A DNA stretch of 64,000 nucleotides, from positions 143,287-207,286 of the forward strand of contig CAZMQU010000001.1 in the NCBI GenBank assembly GCA_964568715.1. Direction: 5' to 3'. The stretch's first letter is position 1. Every line of letters starts with the position of its first letter. This document shows positions 41,096-50,099 of the stretch, piece by piece. The position numbers were made by a program, and so were the translations under genes. The stretch is from an uncultured Halanaerobiales bacterium (lineage in GTDB: Bacteria > Bacillota > Halanaerobiia > B1SED10-174). The notes beneath the pieces were generated by a model. It saw nothing but the letters and a program-made list of their open reading frames with translations. It did no database searches and was not told the DNA's origin.

Positions 41096-42131
41096 AGATG
41101 GGAATTTCCTTAATGTGCTCCCGTAAAGCTGCCAGGAAGCGGTACGGTTGGAAACTGCTTCCTTCAGGATTAAAAGGATTGGCTGTCAATGCAATTAAAT
41201 TAATCGGATTCAAAGTAAAAATTTGCAGATGATTTTCCCGGAAAATCTTATATCCTTGCGACGATAAAAAATTTTTGGTGCCATCCTTAATAATTATTGA
41301 AGAACCCGACAATTTACCTTTAAAAAAGTTACAATAATCTGCCAAAAAACTATCTGTAAGAGCACCTGATAAAACTAAAGAACTGATTGACAAGATTTTG
41401 TCTCTGGAAATGTTTTCAGGCAATTGAAAGGACAAAGGCGTTTTGAACATCGATACGGTTCCGTTTTTTTCAATAATTCCCCCTTTACCCTCGTCGGTAA
41501 TTGCCAATGCTTTTCGATGAAGATCCTGATCAGGAATTGGTGTGTGAGTTAATTTTTTTACTTCCCGGCGGGTGCGGGCAACCACATTTTCAATGGTATT
41601 ACCCAGAACGGCACCTGTTGCCAAAATAACGCCATCAGTTAAAAGGGGTGCCGCAGAGCTACGACGATCAAAGGCACCGTCTACGAGAAGCAAATCAACT
41701 TCATTTCTGATTAGGGCTCTAATCTTATTAAGCCCCAAAGCTGTATTGATACCGACCAATTCAACCTCCCCACCCCTTTCACCGCTGCGGTAAATATTCA
41801 CTTCACCTAATACAGTATTTATACCGGTACCAATAAATTTTTCGTATTGAAAGAGGCAATGCTCCATTACTTTCTCTGCAGTAACAAACAGGGTTCGCGG
41901 CGGAATAAAAACCTGCGGCTTATCTTTGTTGGTTACCAAATCAATTCTTTCTCCGTCCCGGCCAAAAGAAACGAGACCCAAGGTAACCTTTTTTTCAGAA
42001 AGCTCGGCTACCAAGGTATTGAATGTCACAGTTTTACCGGCATTTTTTGCCAGACCTACTATCGCTATTGCCTCATAATTATTGTTGGTAATTAATTTAT
42101 TCAACTGTCCAACCACCATTATATTTCCCAA
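41043..42131 (-). CDS. Uncharacterised P-loop (SIMIBI-like) NTPase encoded immediately upstream of kamD/kamE
   Basis: Deviant Walker A AIAIVGLAKNAGKTVTFNTL, followed by hydrophobic-strand-Asp DLLLVDGAFD; 362 aa. Confidence 0.5.
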   Translation of the reverse strand: MGNIMVVGQLNKLITNNNYEAIAIVGLAKNAGKTVTFNTLVAELSEKKVTLGLVSFGRDGERIDLVTNKDKPQVFIPPRTLFVTAEKVMEHCLFQYEKFIGTGINTVLGEVNIYRSGERGGEVELVGINTALGLNKIRALIRNEVDLLLVDGAFDRRSSAAPLLTDGVILATGAVLGNTIENVVARTRREVKKLTHTPIPDQDLHRKALAITDEGKGGIIEKNGTVSMFKTPLSFQLPENISRDKILSISSLVLSGALTDSFLADYCNFFKGKLSGSSIIIKDGTKNFLSSQGYKIFRENHLQIFTLNPINLIALTANPFNPEGSSFQPYRFLAALREHIKEIPIFDVKSKEYFSGGGCTEK

Positions 42132-42218
42132 CTTCCCACGGATGATATGAATCTTATCTCATATAGCCGGCGACAAAGGCTGTATTCTTTTCAATTGATC
42201 AATTTTAGCTTAGTGCTT

Positions 42219-42809
42219 TTACGGCCGGGAGACATATTTGTTATCAGCCATATAAAAACGCCATAGTTTATTTGTATATTCTTCGGCGTAATCTATATTG
42301 ATGCGGGGAGACCTGACAATTTTGCCGGCCCAGCCGTCTTGACGAAAAAAGAGATCTTTACCTTCGGCCACATTGTAACCGTATAGGGCTTTATCGATCT
42401 TCAAAGCTTGACACAACTTGCCAGGTCCGTTAGTTAAATCTTGCCGTCGCTTCGGTGCCGGGCACCGATTTTTTTTGATAATATCCAATCCGGTCAAAGG
42501 TTTTACAGCGCGAATCAATGCCCCCTCGGGCTTTCCGGCCGGCCCGGTTATTATATTCAAACAATAATGCATGCCGTAAATTAAATATATGTATGCTACC
42601 CCACCGGAGGCAAACATTATCTCCGTTCTTTTAGTGCGACGTCCACCATAAGCATGGCATGCTTTATCTTCGGGACCACTATAAGCCTCCGTCTCTACCA
42701 CACGGCAAACTATTTCTTGTCCCTCAATATTGCGAATTAACAACTTACCGATTAGTAATTCGGCTACAGTTAGAACATCTTGCCCAAAAAAACTTTGAGT
42801 CAAACGCAA
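42219..42809 (-). CDS. mpg: DNA-3-methyladenine glycosylase (Mpg/AAG family)
   Basis: VETEAYSGPEDKACHAYGGRRTKRTEIMF signature. Confidence 0.85.
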   Translation of the reverse strand: MRLTQSFFGQDVLTVAELLIGKLLIRNIEGQEIVCRVVETEAYSGPEDKACHAYGGRRTKRTEIMFASGGVAYIYLIYGMHYCLNIITGPAGKPEGALIRAVKPLTGLDIIKKNRCPAPKRRQDLTNGPGKLCQALKIDKALYGYNVAEGKDLFFRQDGWAGKIVRSPRINIDYAEEYTNKLWRFYMADNKYVSRP

Positions 42810-42893
42810 ATATACTGCCTCCCACCTGTGATACCATTCTTTACACCAATCGAACTGTAATCTTACGGAAACTCCGCCCGGCCAACTCCTTAT

Positions 42894-43511
42894 TTATTGA
42901 TTTCCTTTCTCGGAAACACCGGCAATAATAATTTTTAATCCCTCAATTATCATATCAATACCCATAGAGGGTGCCTTGGGATGATTCACTGCTTGGGCAG
43001 GTAAATAAGGAATATGCAAATAGCCTACCATGAGAGGGGTTTTATGCTTTGCTTGATAATTTAAAGCACTATAAAACAATTCATTACATACAAAAGTACC
43101 GGGGAAATAGGATACCTGAGCTGGAATCCCTTTTTCTTTTAGCTCATTGACAAGCTTCCGGACCGGTAAATTGCTAAAATAAGCGGCCGGCCCCTCTGCA
43201 TCGATGGGTTCCCCGCCGGGTTGATAACCATTGTTGTCAGGATTAGTAGCATCCCTGATATTTATAGCCAACATTTCCAAATTAATTGAAGGCCGCCCAC
43301 CGGCCTGTCCAAGGCCGATAAAAACAACGGGCTTTTCCTCAATCAGGCTTCTGTGTAAGGCTTCTGTCGCCTTGATAAAGGAAGTGGGCATTTGGCGAAC
43401 AGCCAAATCGACCCCGTTGAATTTCATTTTGCCGATACTTTTGACGACTTCCCAAGAAGGGTTGATCTTTTCCCCACCAAAGGGTTCGAAACCCGTTAAT
43501 AGAATTTTCAT
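42894..43511 (-). CDS. pcp: Pyroglutamyl-peptidase I
   Basis: MKILLTGFEPFGGEKINPSWE; catalytic Cys region GTFVCN; AAGGAGG RBS before the ATG at 43511. Confidence 0.9.
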   Translation of the reverse strand: MKILLTGFEPFGGEKINPSWEVVKSIGKMKFNGVDLAVRQMPTSFIKATEALHRSLIEEKPVVFIGLGQAGGRPSINLEMLAINIRDATNPDNNGYQPGGEPIDAEGPAAYFSNLPVRKLVNELKEKGIPAQVSYFPGTFVCNELFYSALNYQAKHKTPLMVGYLHIPYLPAQAVNHPKAPSMGIDMIIEGLKIIIAGVSEKGNQ

Positions 43512-43521
43512 TTTAGCCTCC

Positions 43522-45138
43522 TTACCAACCCACAACTTGTCCGTCAGTTCGTGGGTCGCTGGCACCGACCAAAACACCTTCATCGGTCCGCCATATTATT
43601 TGGCCCCGCCCGAAACTCGTTATATCTAATTGCTTTTCAATTTGATGACCCCGCCGTTGCAAAGCCCTTGCGACGTGATTGGGGAAATCCGGCTCCACAA
43701 AAATCTTTTTCCCTTCAAGCCACTGCCAGCGGGGTGAGTCCAAAGCTGCCTGCGGATTCATATTTTTATCAACACTATTGATTATAACCTGCAAGTGGCC
43801 TTGCGGTTGCATAAATCCGCCCATAACACCAAAAGGCCCCAGCGCTTCAGCACCTTTGGTTAAAAACCCGGGGATAATGGTATGGTATGTTTTTTTCTGC
43901 GGCTCAAGATAATTGATATGTTCCTCTTCAAGGGAAAAAGTATGACCACGGTTTTGCAGGCTGATGCCGGTACCCGGTACAACCAATCCCGAGCCAAAAC
44001 CCATATAGTTACTTTGTATATAGGAGACCATATTCCCCTCTCCGTCAGCTGTAGCAAGATAAACTGTTCCCCCGGCATCAAAAGAACCCGGCCGGGGTTC
44101 CAAGGCCTTCTCGCCAATCAGGGTTTTTCTTTTTTGGCCGTATTCGGTAGACAGCAAATCTTCCACCGCAGCTTCCATATAACGGGGATCGGTAATATAA
44201 TGCAAGCCGTCGGAGAAAGCCAACTTGAGGGCTTCGATTTGTTTATGGTAGAAATCCACCTTTCCTTCTTGGTCAAGGGAGTAATCTTTTAAAATATTCA
44301 AAGCCATCAATGCAATCATGCCTTGCCCGTTGGGCGGTATCTCCCACACATCATACCCTTTGTAATTTACGCTGACCGGTTTCACCCATTCAGCCCGGAA
44401 AGATTCTAAATCGTAATGGTCCAAAAATCCGCCGTACTTCCGGGCAAAGGCAACAATCTTTTTAGCGAGGCTCCCTTTATAAAAATCATCGCCCTTGCTT
44501 TGAGCAATTAATTGCAGTGTCTGAGCCATTGCCGGAGAATTCCATATTTCACCGACTCGGGGTGCCCGCCCCTTTGGAGCAAAAGTCTCAAACCAAGCGG
44601 AAAATTCTTCGCCCCGCAAATTGGCCTTATAAATATCAAAAGCCCTTTGCCAATTTAGAGCAAGGACCGGCGATACCGGATACCCGGACCGGGCATATTC
44701 AATGGCCGGCTCCAAGCATTCTTCCAAGGTTAACCGGCCAAACCTTTCCAGTGCAGCTACCCACCCCGCCGGTACTCCTGGAACAGTCACCGGCAGCCAA
44801 CCGTATTTAGGCATCGTCTTATGGCCCAAAGCTTTAACTTTGTCAGCACTTATGGCAGCAGGAGCAGGGCCGCTGTTATTCAATCCATAAAGTTTGCCCT
44901 CTTTCCAAATAAGAGCAAAAGAATCACCGCCGATTCCGTTAGCTGTTGGCTCTACCACCGTTAAACAGGCTGCGGTGGCAACAGCAGCATCGATTGCATT
45001 TCCGCCTTTCTTTAAAATCTCAAGGCCCGCCTGGGCAGCAAGGGGTTGCGATGTTGCAACCATGCCCCGCCGGGCATACATGGCCATACGCCGGGAAGTA
45101 TAAGGATTATACAAGGGATCAAATTTCAGCATATACAA
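43522..45138 (-). CDS. ggt: Gamma-glutamyltransferase
   Basis: 538 aa; N-terminus VATSQPLAAQAGLEILKKGGNAIDAAVAT; catalytic TTH-like region GTVYLATADGEGN. Confidence 0.9.
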   Translation of the reverse strand: MYMLKFDPLYNPYTSRRMAMYARRGMVATSQPLAAQAGLEILKKGGNAIDAAVATAACLTVVEPTANGIGGDSFALIWKEGKLYGLNNSGPAPAAISADKVKALGHKTMPKYGWLPVTVPGVPAGWVAALERFGRLTLEECLEPAIEYARSGYPVSPVLALNWQRAFDIYKANLRGEEFSAWFETFAPKGRAPRVGEIWNSPAMAQTLQLIAQSKGDDFYKGSLAKKIVAFARKYGGFLDHYDLESFRAEWVKPVSVNYKGYDVWEIPPNGQGMIALMALNILKDYSLDQEGKVDFYHKQIEALKLAFSDGLHYITDPRYMEAAVEDLLSTEYGQKRKTLIGEKALEPRPGSFDAGGTVYLATADGEGNMVSYIQSNYMGFGSGLVVPGTGISLQNRGHTFSLEEEHINYLEPQKKTYHTIIPGFLTKGAEALGPFGVMGGFMQPQGHLQVIINSVDKNMNPQAALDSPRWQWLEGKKIFVEPDFPNHVARALQRRGHQIEKQLDITSFGRGQIIWRTDEGVLVGASDPRTDGQVVGW

Positions 45139-45246
45139 TTCTCCTTTTAAAACAATATTAACAGATTCATTACTCTTAATTCCACAAATAGAACATTATA
45201 TCCTACATAAAAGATAAAATCTTTAAGCATGGTCGGGCTGACGCCC

Positions 45247-45402
45247 TTACTTTCCTAATTTCATTAGCCCTGTAGCGATATATGCCTGAAAAGGTATGTT
45301 GAAATATCTTGCCAAGACATCTCCCGGAAATAAAGATGCAATATGGCCAATATGCAATGAACTATTCGCATAAGGCCACGCACCATCAATAAATATATTC
45401 AT
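45247..45402 (-). pseudogene. metG: Truncated methionyl-tRNA synthetase N-terminal fragment (51-codon remnant)
   Basis: [34 protein letters not shown] has the MetRS-specific PYANG-LH-GH and DVLARY motifs. Similarity is lost after ~35 aa and a stop follows at codon 52. A strong RBS AAAGGAGG sits upstream. Confidence 0.6.
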
Positions 45403-45570
45403 GGTTTTGCCTCCTTTATAATAAAAAATCCCTCTCCTAAAAATTTTAGGAACGGGATTGCTTTCCGTGTTACCATCCTATTTCACCACATCTTATGATG
45501 TAAAATTCATCAATTACTTTGCCCGGGGCAATTATACTCTATCACTGTAATGGGTGAAATCATTGCAGCC
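45403..45570 (-). promoter_or_regulatory. Degenerate T-box-like leader remnant upstream of the metG fragment
   Basis: Minus-strand RNA carries GGUGAAAUAGGAUGGUAACACGG (14/19 to the T-box consensus AAUUAGGGUGGUACCGCGG). It is followed by hairpin AAUCCCGUUCCUAAAA/UUUUAGGAGAGGGAUU + U-run; an AUGA candidate specifier lies upstream. Confidence 0.35.
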
Positions 45571-45654
45571 TTAAGCCAATCACTTGAAATTATAATAGAT
45601 TTCAATGCACTGCTCCGGGGCCGTTTTCACTTTAAATCTCTTTGTTCTTTTCCA

Positions 45655-46134
45655 TTATAGGGAACTTTCCGGGGCAGCCTTGCCGGTCATGTGATCGATG
45701 GAAATCTCAATTAAACAGACCTTTGCCCATCCTTTCCTAATTACTTCCTCTGCTTCAACGGAATAATCGGGAAAATATTTTTCAACCAGTAGATCGAGGG
45801 CCTTTCTTTTCTGCAAGTCATCGGTAATAAAAACAGCCCGGCCAAAAAGGCAAACGCTGCGAAAATGGGTAGTAAATTCTTTTTGGACAATGTCATCCCT
45901 TTCTATTACGCAAAAGGTTACCTTGTCATTATTTTTTATACTCTCGATCTTATGTCCTTTTTGAGCACTATGCAAGTAAATTTTACCTTTTTCATAAGCA
46001 TAACTCATAGGAACGGTGTAGGGATAACCGTTTTTATCGATGGTACCTAAAACCCCCGAAGTACACTTATTTAATATCTTTATCGATTCTTCCTTTGCCA
46101 AAAGTTTTTCTTTCCTGCGCATCTTTCTAAACAT
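45655..46134 (-). CDS. Pyridoxamine 5'-phosphate oxidase-like FMN-binding split-barrel protein
   Basis: 159 aa PNPOx-like family member (GYPYTVPMSYAY...). Confidence 0.7.
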   Translation of the reverse strand: MFRKMRRKEKLLAKEESIKILNKCTSGVLGTIDKNGYPYTVPMSYAYEKGKIYLHSAQKGHKIESIKNNDKVTFCVIERDDIVQKEFTTHFRSVCLFGRAVFITDDLQKRKALDLLVEKYFPDYSVEAEEVIRKGWAKVCLIEISIDHMTGKAAPESSL

Positions 46135-46179
46135 ACTCCCACCTCATCGTTGTTCAGACTAAATATTTTTAAAATAGGC

Positions 46180-46695
46180 CTAATGATCCTTTGCTGCAGA
46201 TTTTGCCAAGGCATTATTTATTAACATTTTAAAATGATTGAAGTTTCGATAGCCGATTGATTTCATAATTATCTCCCCGTCTTTGTCAACCAGAAAAACC
46301 GTAGGAATACCTTTGATTCCCCAAGCAGACAAGGACTTCATGTTTGTATCCATGAACACGGGAAAAGAAATGCTATATTTTTCTATAAAGTTCCGGACGG
46401 CGTTGAGCGAGTCACCTGCTGATATAGCAACAATTTCAATATCATGGTTTCGGAAAAATTCCAGGTTTTTCTGGTAATCGTTCATCGCTAAAATACAGGG
46501 CTGACACCAGGTTGCCCATACATCAACTAAAATATAGTTGCCTTCTTCTTTAAAGAAAGAGCCAAAACTAATTTTCTCCCCTTCCATGGAGATTAAATCG
46601 ATATCGGTAATTATAGCGCCTTCTTCCAAAGCCAAAACCAAACCTGACCCAAACACTGTAAACAATATTACCAATAACAATATTTTTTTAGTCAT
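46180..46695 (-). CDS. TlpA/ResA-like extracytoplasmic thiol-disulfide oxidoreductase (thioredoxin fold)
   Basis: Signal anchor MTKKILLLVILFTVFGSGLVLA; WATWCQPC active site. Confidence 0.85.
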   Translation of the reverse strand: MTKKILLLVILFTVFGSGLVLALEEGAIITDIDLISMEGEKISFGSFFKEEGNYILVDVWATWCQPCILAMNDYQKNLEFFRNHDIEIVAISAGDSLNAVRNFIEKYSISFPVFMDTNMKSLSAWGIKGIPTVFLVDKDGEIIMKSIGYRNFNHFKMLINNALAKSAAKDH

Positions 46696-46730
46696 GTTGC
46701 CTCCTAAATCAATTTTTTTTTATTTTCCGG

Positions 46731-47549
46731 TTATTGGGGTAAAACTTCATGTAACTTTTTTCGCCTTGGAGAAAATTCCATTACATTTTTGCCCACTTGG
46801 ATATTGACATGGGGGCAAGCTGTACATTCAAAACAGCGAATACATTCGGGACTATTTGGTTCTTCATATACTTTTAAATCCATGGGACAAATATCTTGGC
46901 ACCTTCCGCATTTTGTACAACCATCACCAACATTTAATTTCAAAAAACTGTATCTGTTGAATAAGGAATATATTGCACCCAATGGGCAAACAAAACGGCA
47001 AAAAAACCTTTTTGAAAATATAAAAGAAAATAAAAATACGACCGTCAAAGCCAATTTTCCGTAAAAGAAGGGCCCGATGACTTGCCGGATGCTTTTATCG
47101 GTTACCGCCAATGGTACCCCGCCCTCCAAGGTACCGACAAAACACAGTTTGGAAAACCATGGTTCCCCGCTAATATATGGTATAAACAAGACCAATACCA
47201 ACAATACGATATATTTAAAAAATCTCAACTGTGTGCAATTAATTTTGATTTTGGGCGTTGGTATCTTGTATAGCATTTCTTGCAGCCAGCCTATTGGACA
47301 AGCCCAACCGCATATCAACCTACCCACGGTGGACCCGATAAGGGTAAAAAATCCGATCAACAGGAAGGGTATTTTTTTAATAACCATAAAATGCTGCAGA
47401 CTGCCAATTGGGCAAGCTCCCAAGGCCCAAGGGCAGGCATAACAGTTCAAGGCCGGAACTGGGCAGTATTTAAAAGTAAACCCAAATGGATTATATAAAA
47501 CGAAAGACAGCATTTGAACGTATTTGCGAATACTTCTTTTTTTCAACAA
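46731..47549 (-). CDS. NapH/MauN-like membrane polyferredoxin (4Fe-4S binding)
   Basis: CYACPWALGACPIG and CGWACPIGWLQ N-terminal CxxCP motifs, TM helices, C-terminal CTKCGRCQDICP and CIRCFECTACP ferredoxin motifs. Confidence 0.8.
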   Translation of the reverse strand: MLKKRSIRKYVQMLSFVLYNPFGFTFKYCPVPALNCYACPWALGACPIGSLQHFMVIKKIPFLLIGFFTLIGSTVGRLICGWACPIGWLQEMLYKIPTPKIKINCTQLRFFKYIVLLVLVLFIPYISGEPWFSKLCFVGTLEGGVPLAVTDKSIRQVIGPFFYGKLALTVVFLFSFIFSKRFFCRFVCPLGAIYSLFNRYSFLKLNVGDGCTKCGRCQDICPMDLKVYEEPNSPECIRCFECTACPHVNIQVGKNVMEFSPRRKKLHEVLPQ

Positions 47550-47736
47550 AGATTCATCCCACCCCTATACAAGATAAGCAAGTTATTATAGCATTGAAAA
47601 AAATATCCATGTATTCCCGGCGAAGAATACCGCATAATAAGAAAAGCAAACCAAATAACCATAAATATTTATAGCTTTTGATGTATATCACCCCTTTATC
47701 GGTCTTTCAACCATATGTCCTAATTTTAGATGTAAC

Positions 47737-48714
47737 TCAATCTTTATCTTCGCTAAAGAGTTGCAAGTATTGGCCATAACCTTCCTCTGCCAGTTTTTCT
47801 TTGGGTATAAATTTCAAAGCAGCTGAATTTATACAATACCTAAGCCCGCCCCGCTCACGCGGTCCATCTTTGAATACATGTCCCAGATGTGAATCAGACA
47901 ATTTGCTGCGTACTTCCGTCCGAATCCTGCCACGGCTGGTATCGAGCTTTTCGACCAATAAATCTTTCTGGAAAGGTTTTGTAAAGCTAGGCCAGCCTGA
48001 TCCGGAATCATACTTATCGGAGGATATAAAAAGAGGCTCACCGGAAATGATATCGACATAAATACCCTCCCTTTTTTCATTCCAATATTCATTATCAAAA
48101 GGCGGCTCGGTACCGTCCTCACGGGTAACATGGTATTGCAAATCAGTAAGACTTTGCCTTAATGCCTCGTCATCAACATCAAAGGACCAATGTTTTTCAA
48201 TAAATTCATCCCGACCGGAACTTTGACGATATTTATTATAGTGCTTGGGATTCTTCTTATAAAAACTTTGATGATATTCTTCGGCCGGCCAAAATTCCTG
48301 GGCAGGCAAGATAGCTGTTACAATCGGTTTTTGAAAACGGCCACTTGCCGCCAAAGCATCTTTGGAAGCTTCGGCTTTATCTTTTTGAGCAGGGCTATGA
48401 TAAAAAATAGCAGTTCGATAAGAGTCACCTTTATCGCAAAACTGGCCGCCAGGATCGGTGGGATCAATCTGGCGCCAAAATATATCCAGCAATTTTTGGT
48501 ATGAAATGATATTGGGATTGAAGGTTATCTGGATGGCTTCCAGGTGGCCGGTATTACCACTACAGACCTGTTCATAACTGGGCTTGGTCACCCAGCCGCC
48601 GGTATATCCTGATACAACCTTATTAACGCCGGGATACTCATCGAAGGGCATAACCATACACCAAAAACAACCTCCGGCAAAAGTTGCCAATTCGTGATTA
48701 GCCAATGGAATCAC
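47737..48714 (-). CDS. msrAB: Bifunctional peptide methionine sulfoxide reductase MsrA/MsrB
   Basis: GCFWC (MsrA active site) N-terminal; C-terminal MsrB with RYCINSAAL and HLGHVF. Confidence 0.9.
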   Translation of the reverse strand: MIPLANHELATFAGGCFWCMVMPFDEYPGVNKVVSGYTGGWVTKPSYEQVCSGNTGHLEAIQITFNPNIISYQKLLDIFWRQIDPTDPGGQFCDKGDSYRTAIFYHSPAQKDKAEASKDALAASGRFQKPIVTAILPAQEFWPAEEYHQSFYKKNPKHYNKYRQSSGRDEFIEKHWSFDVDDEALRQSLTDLQYHVTREDGTEPPFDNEYWNEKREGIYVDIISGEPLFISSDKYDSGSGWPSFTKPFQKDLLVEKLDTSRGRIRTEVRSKLSDSHLGHVFKDGPRERGGLRYCINSAALKFIPKEKLAEEGYGQYLQLFSEDKD

Positions 48715-48956
48715 TCCTCAATCTTTATTTTAAAGACAAAGCAATTCAATGATTATAGTATATGTTTCTTTCGATTATATCACCGTTTTTCCTTTTTGCA
48801 AAATAACAATATTTTTGTCAAACCAGATAATGGTAGCTTATTCGCAATGTTTTAAAAAATTAAATTATCTTGATTTTAATACCAAAAAATATTGAAGGTA
48901 TATAATTTATTAATATTTGAAAAAATAAAATGAATAGAAGAAAGGAGGATTTTTTA

Positions 48957-49145
48957 ATGCCTCAACAACTCAGTCAAATTGAACTGCAAAACCTAAGGGA
49001 AATTATCAACAACCATCAAACAGGGGCTGCAAAGTTACAAGCCTATGCACAACAATGTAATGACCATCAGCTAAAACAAATGTTACAACAATCAGCCCAA
49101 TCGGCTCAGCAAACAACCCAAAAATTAATGTCATTTTTACAATAA
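48957..49145 (+). CDS. CotF-like spore coat protein (small, Gln-rich)
   Basis: MPQQLSQIELQNLREIINNHQTGAAKLQAYAQQCNDHQLKQMLQQSAQ Coat_F-like; AAAGGAGG RBS. Confidence 0.65.
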   Translation: MPQQLSQIELQNLREIINNHQTGAAKLQAYAQQCNDHQLKQMLQQSAQSAQQTTQKLMSFLQ

Positions 49146-49161
49146 GGAGGTGCCAGGATAA

Positions 49162-49416
49162 ATGCAAGATAAGGATATAACCAACGACATCCTTTCCATG
49201 TTAAAAAGCAGCCTTACAACGTACACCAATGCCATTGCCGAATCCGGTAGCCAAGAATTGCGGCAAACTTTGTCTCAAATCAGAAACTCCGATGAGCAAT
49301 TCCAGTTTCAGCTGTCACAATTCGCCTCACAAAAAGGTTATTACCCCCCATCGTCTTCGGCTTCAACTCAAGATATTCAACAAACACATTCTCAGTTGCA
49401 AAGATCAAGTTCCTAA
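49162..49416 (+). CDS. CotF-like spore coat protein, second member of the pair
   Basis: DILSMLKSSLTTYTNAIAESGSQELRQTLSQIRNSDEQFQFQLSQFASQKGYY Coat_F-like; 16 nt after the previous gene. Confidence 0.65.
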   Translation: MQDKDITNDILSMLKSSLTTYTNAIAESGSQELRQTLSQIRNSDEQFQFQLSQFASQKGYYPPSSSASTQDIQQTHSQLQRSSS

Positions 49417-49450
49417 ACTAAAGGAGTAGAAAACAAAAATAAAGCAATTA

Positions 49451-49479
49451 AAAACCGGTTTTGGCGAACCGGTTTTTTA
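49451..49479 (+). terminator. Terminator after the cotF-like pair
   Basis: AAACCGGTT ttggcg AACCGGTTT + TTTT. Confidence 0.7.
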
Positions 49480-49535
49480 AATCTTTTTTCCTGCCATAAA
49501 GAACGAGTAAATGCTTATACTAAATTCCAAAGGAG

Positions 49536-49982
49536 GTGAAAATAATAAAGAAGAAAATAAATATTTTCATAATCATTGCTTTGTTGTTCTTGACTACCAT
49601 AAATTCTTTTGCAGCAAATAAACATTTCTTTTATCATTACAGTCAAGAAGAATTGAAGAAAAAATTGAAGCTAACAGCCCCGCAAGAGGAACAATTAACG
49701 GAAATTTTCAAACGGCATAATGATGAGACAAAAGAAATACAGGTTCAATTGCGGGCGGCAAAAAGAGAATTAAAAAGATTATGGGTAGCGGAAGATCTCG
49801 ACAAAAATGAAATTAAAGCAAAGATGGATCAAGTCACTGATTTAAAAATGAAAATGCATGAAGCTTGCTCCTCCCTGTCAAAAGATGTGAAAAATATTCT
49901 GACCAAAGGACAATTGGAAGAGTTGGAAAGGATGCAAAAAAGCAAACAGCGAGTTGAAGATAAAAGAATCAAAAAGAAATGA
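49536..49982 (+). CDS. Spy/CpxP-family (LTxxQ motif) extracytoplasmic chaperone-like protein
   Basis: Signal peptide; two LTxxQ motifs (LTAPQEEQL, LTKGQLEEL); charged helical repeats. Confidence 0.7.
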   Translation: MKIIKKKINIFIIIALLFLTTINSFAANKHFFYHYSQEELKKKLKLTAPQEEQLTEIFKRHNDETKEIQVQLRAAKRELKRLWVAEDLDKNEIKAKMDQVTDLKMKMHEACSSLSKDVKNILTKGQLEELERMQKSKQRVEDKRIKKK

Positions 49983-49993
49983 TAAACCAAAAG

Positions 49994-50023
49994 GTAACGG
50001 GACCAGCAATCTGGTCTCGTTAC
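49994..50023. terminator. Hairpin between the convergent Spy-like gene and the 344-aa hypothetical gene
   Basis: GTAACGGGACCAG caat CTGGTCTCGTTAC. Confidence 0.5.
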
Positions 50024-50099
50024 TACTGTTGAAAATAAATTTGACCCATTTCTTTGAAAAATAAGTTCAGCGAATATTTCATCTGCTTAAGAAGGCAGG

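Noticed and set aside
43860-44292. ORFs on both strands within ggt
   Set aside because: Embedded in or antisense to the GGT gene; GGT reads through uninterrupted with conserved motifs.
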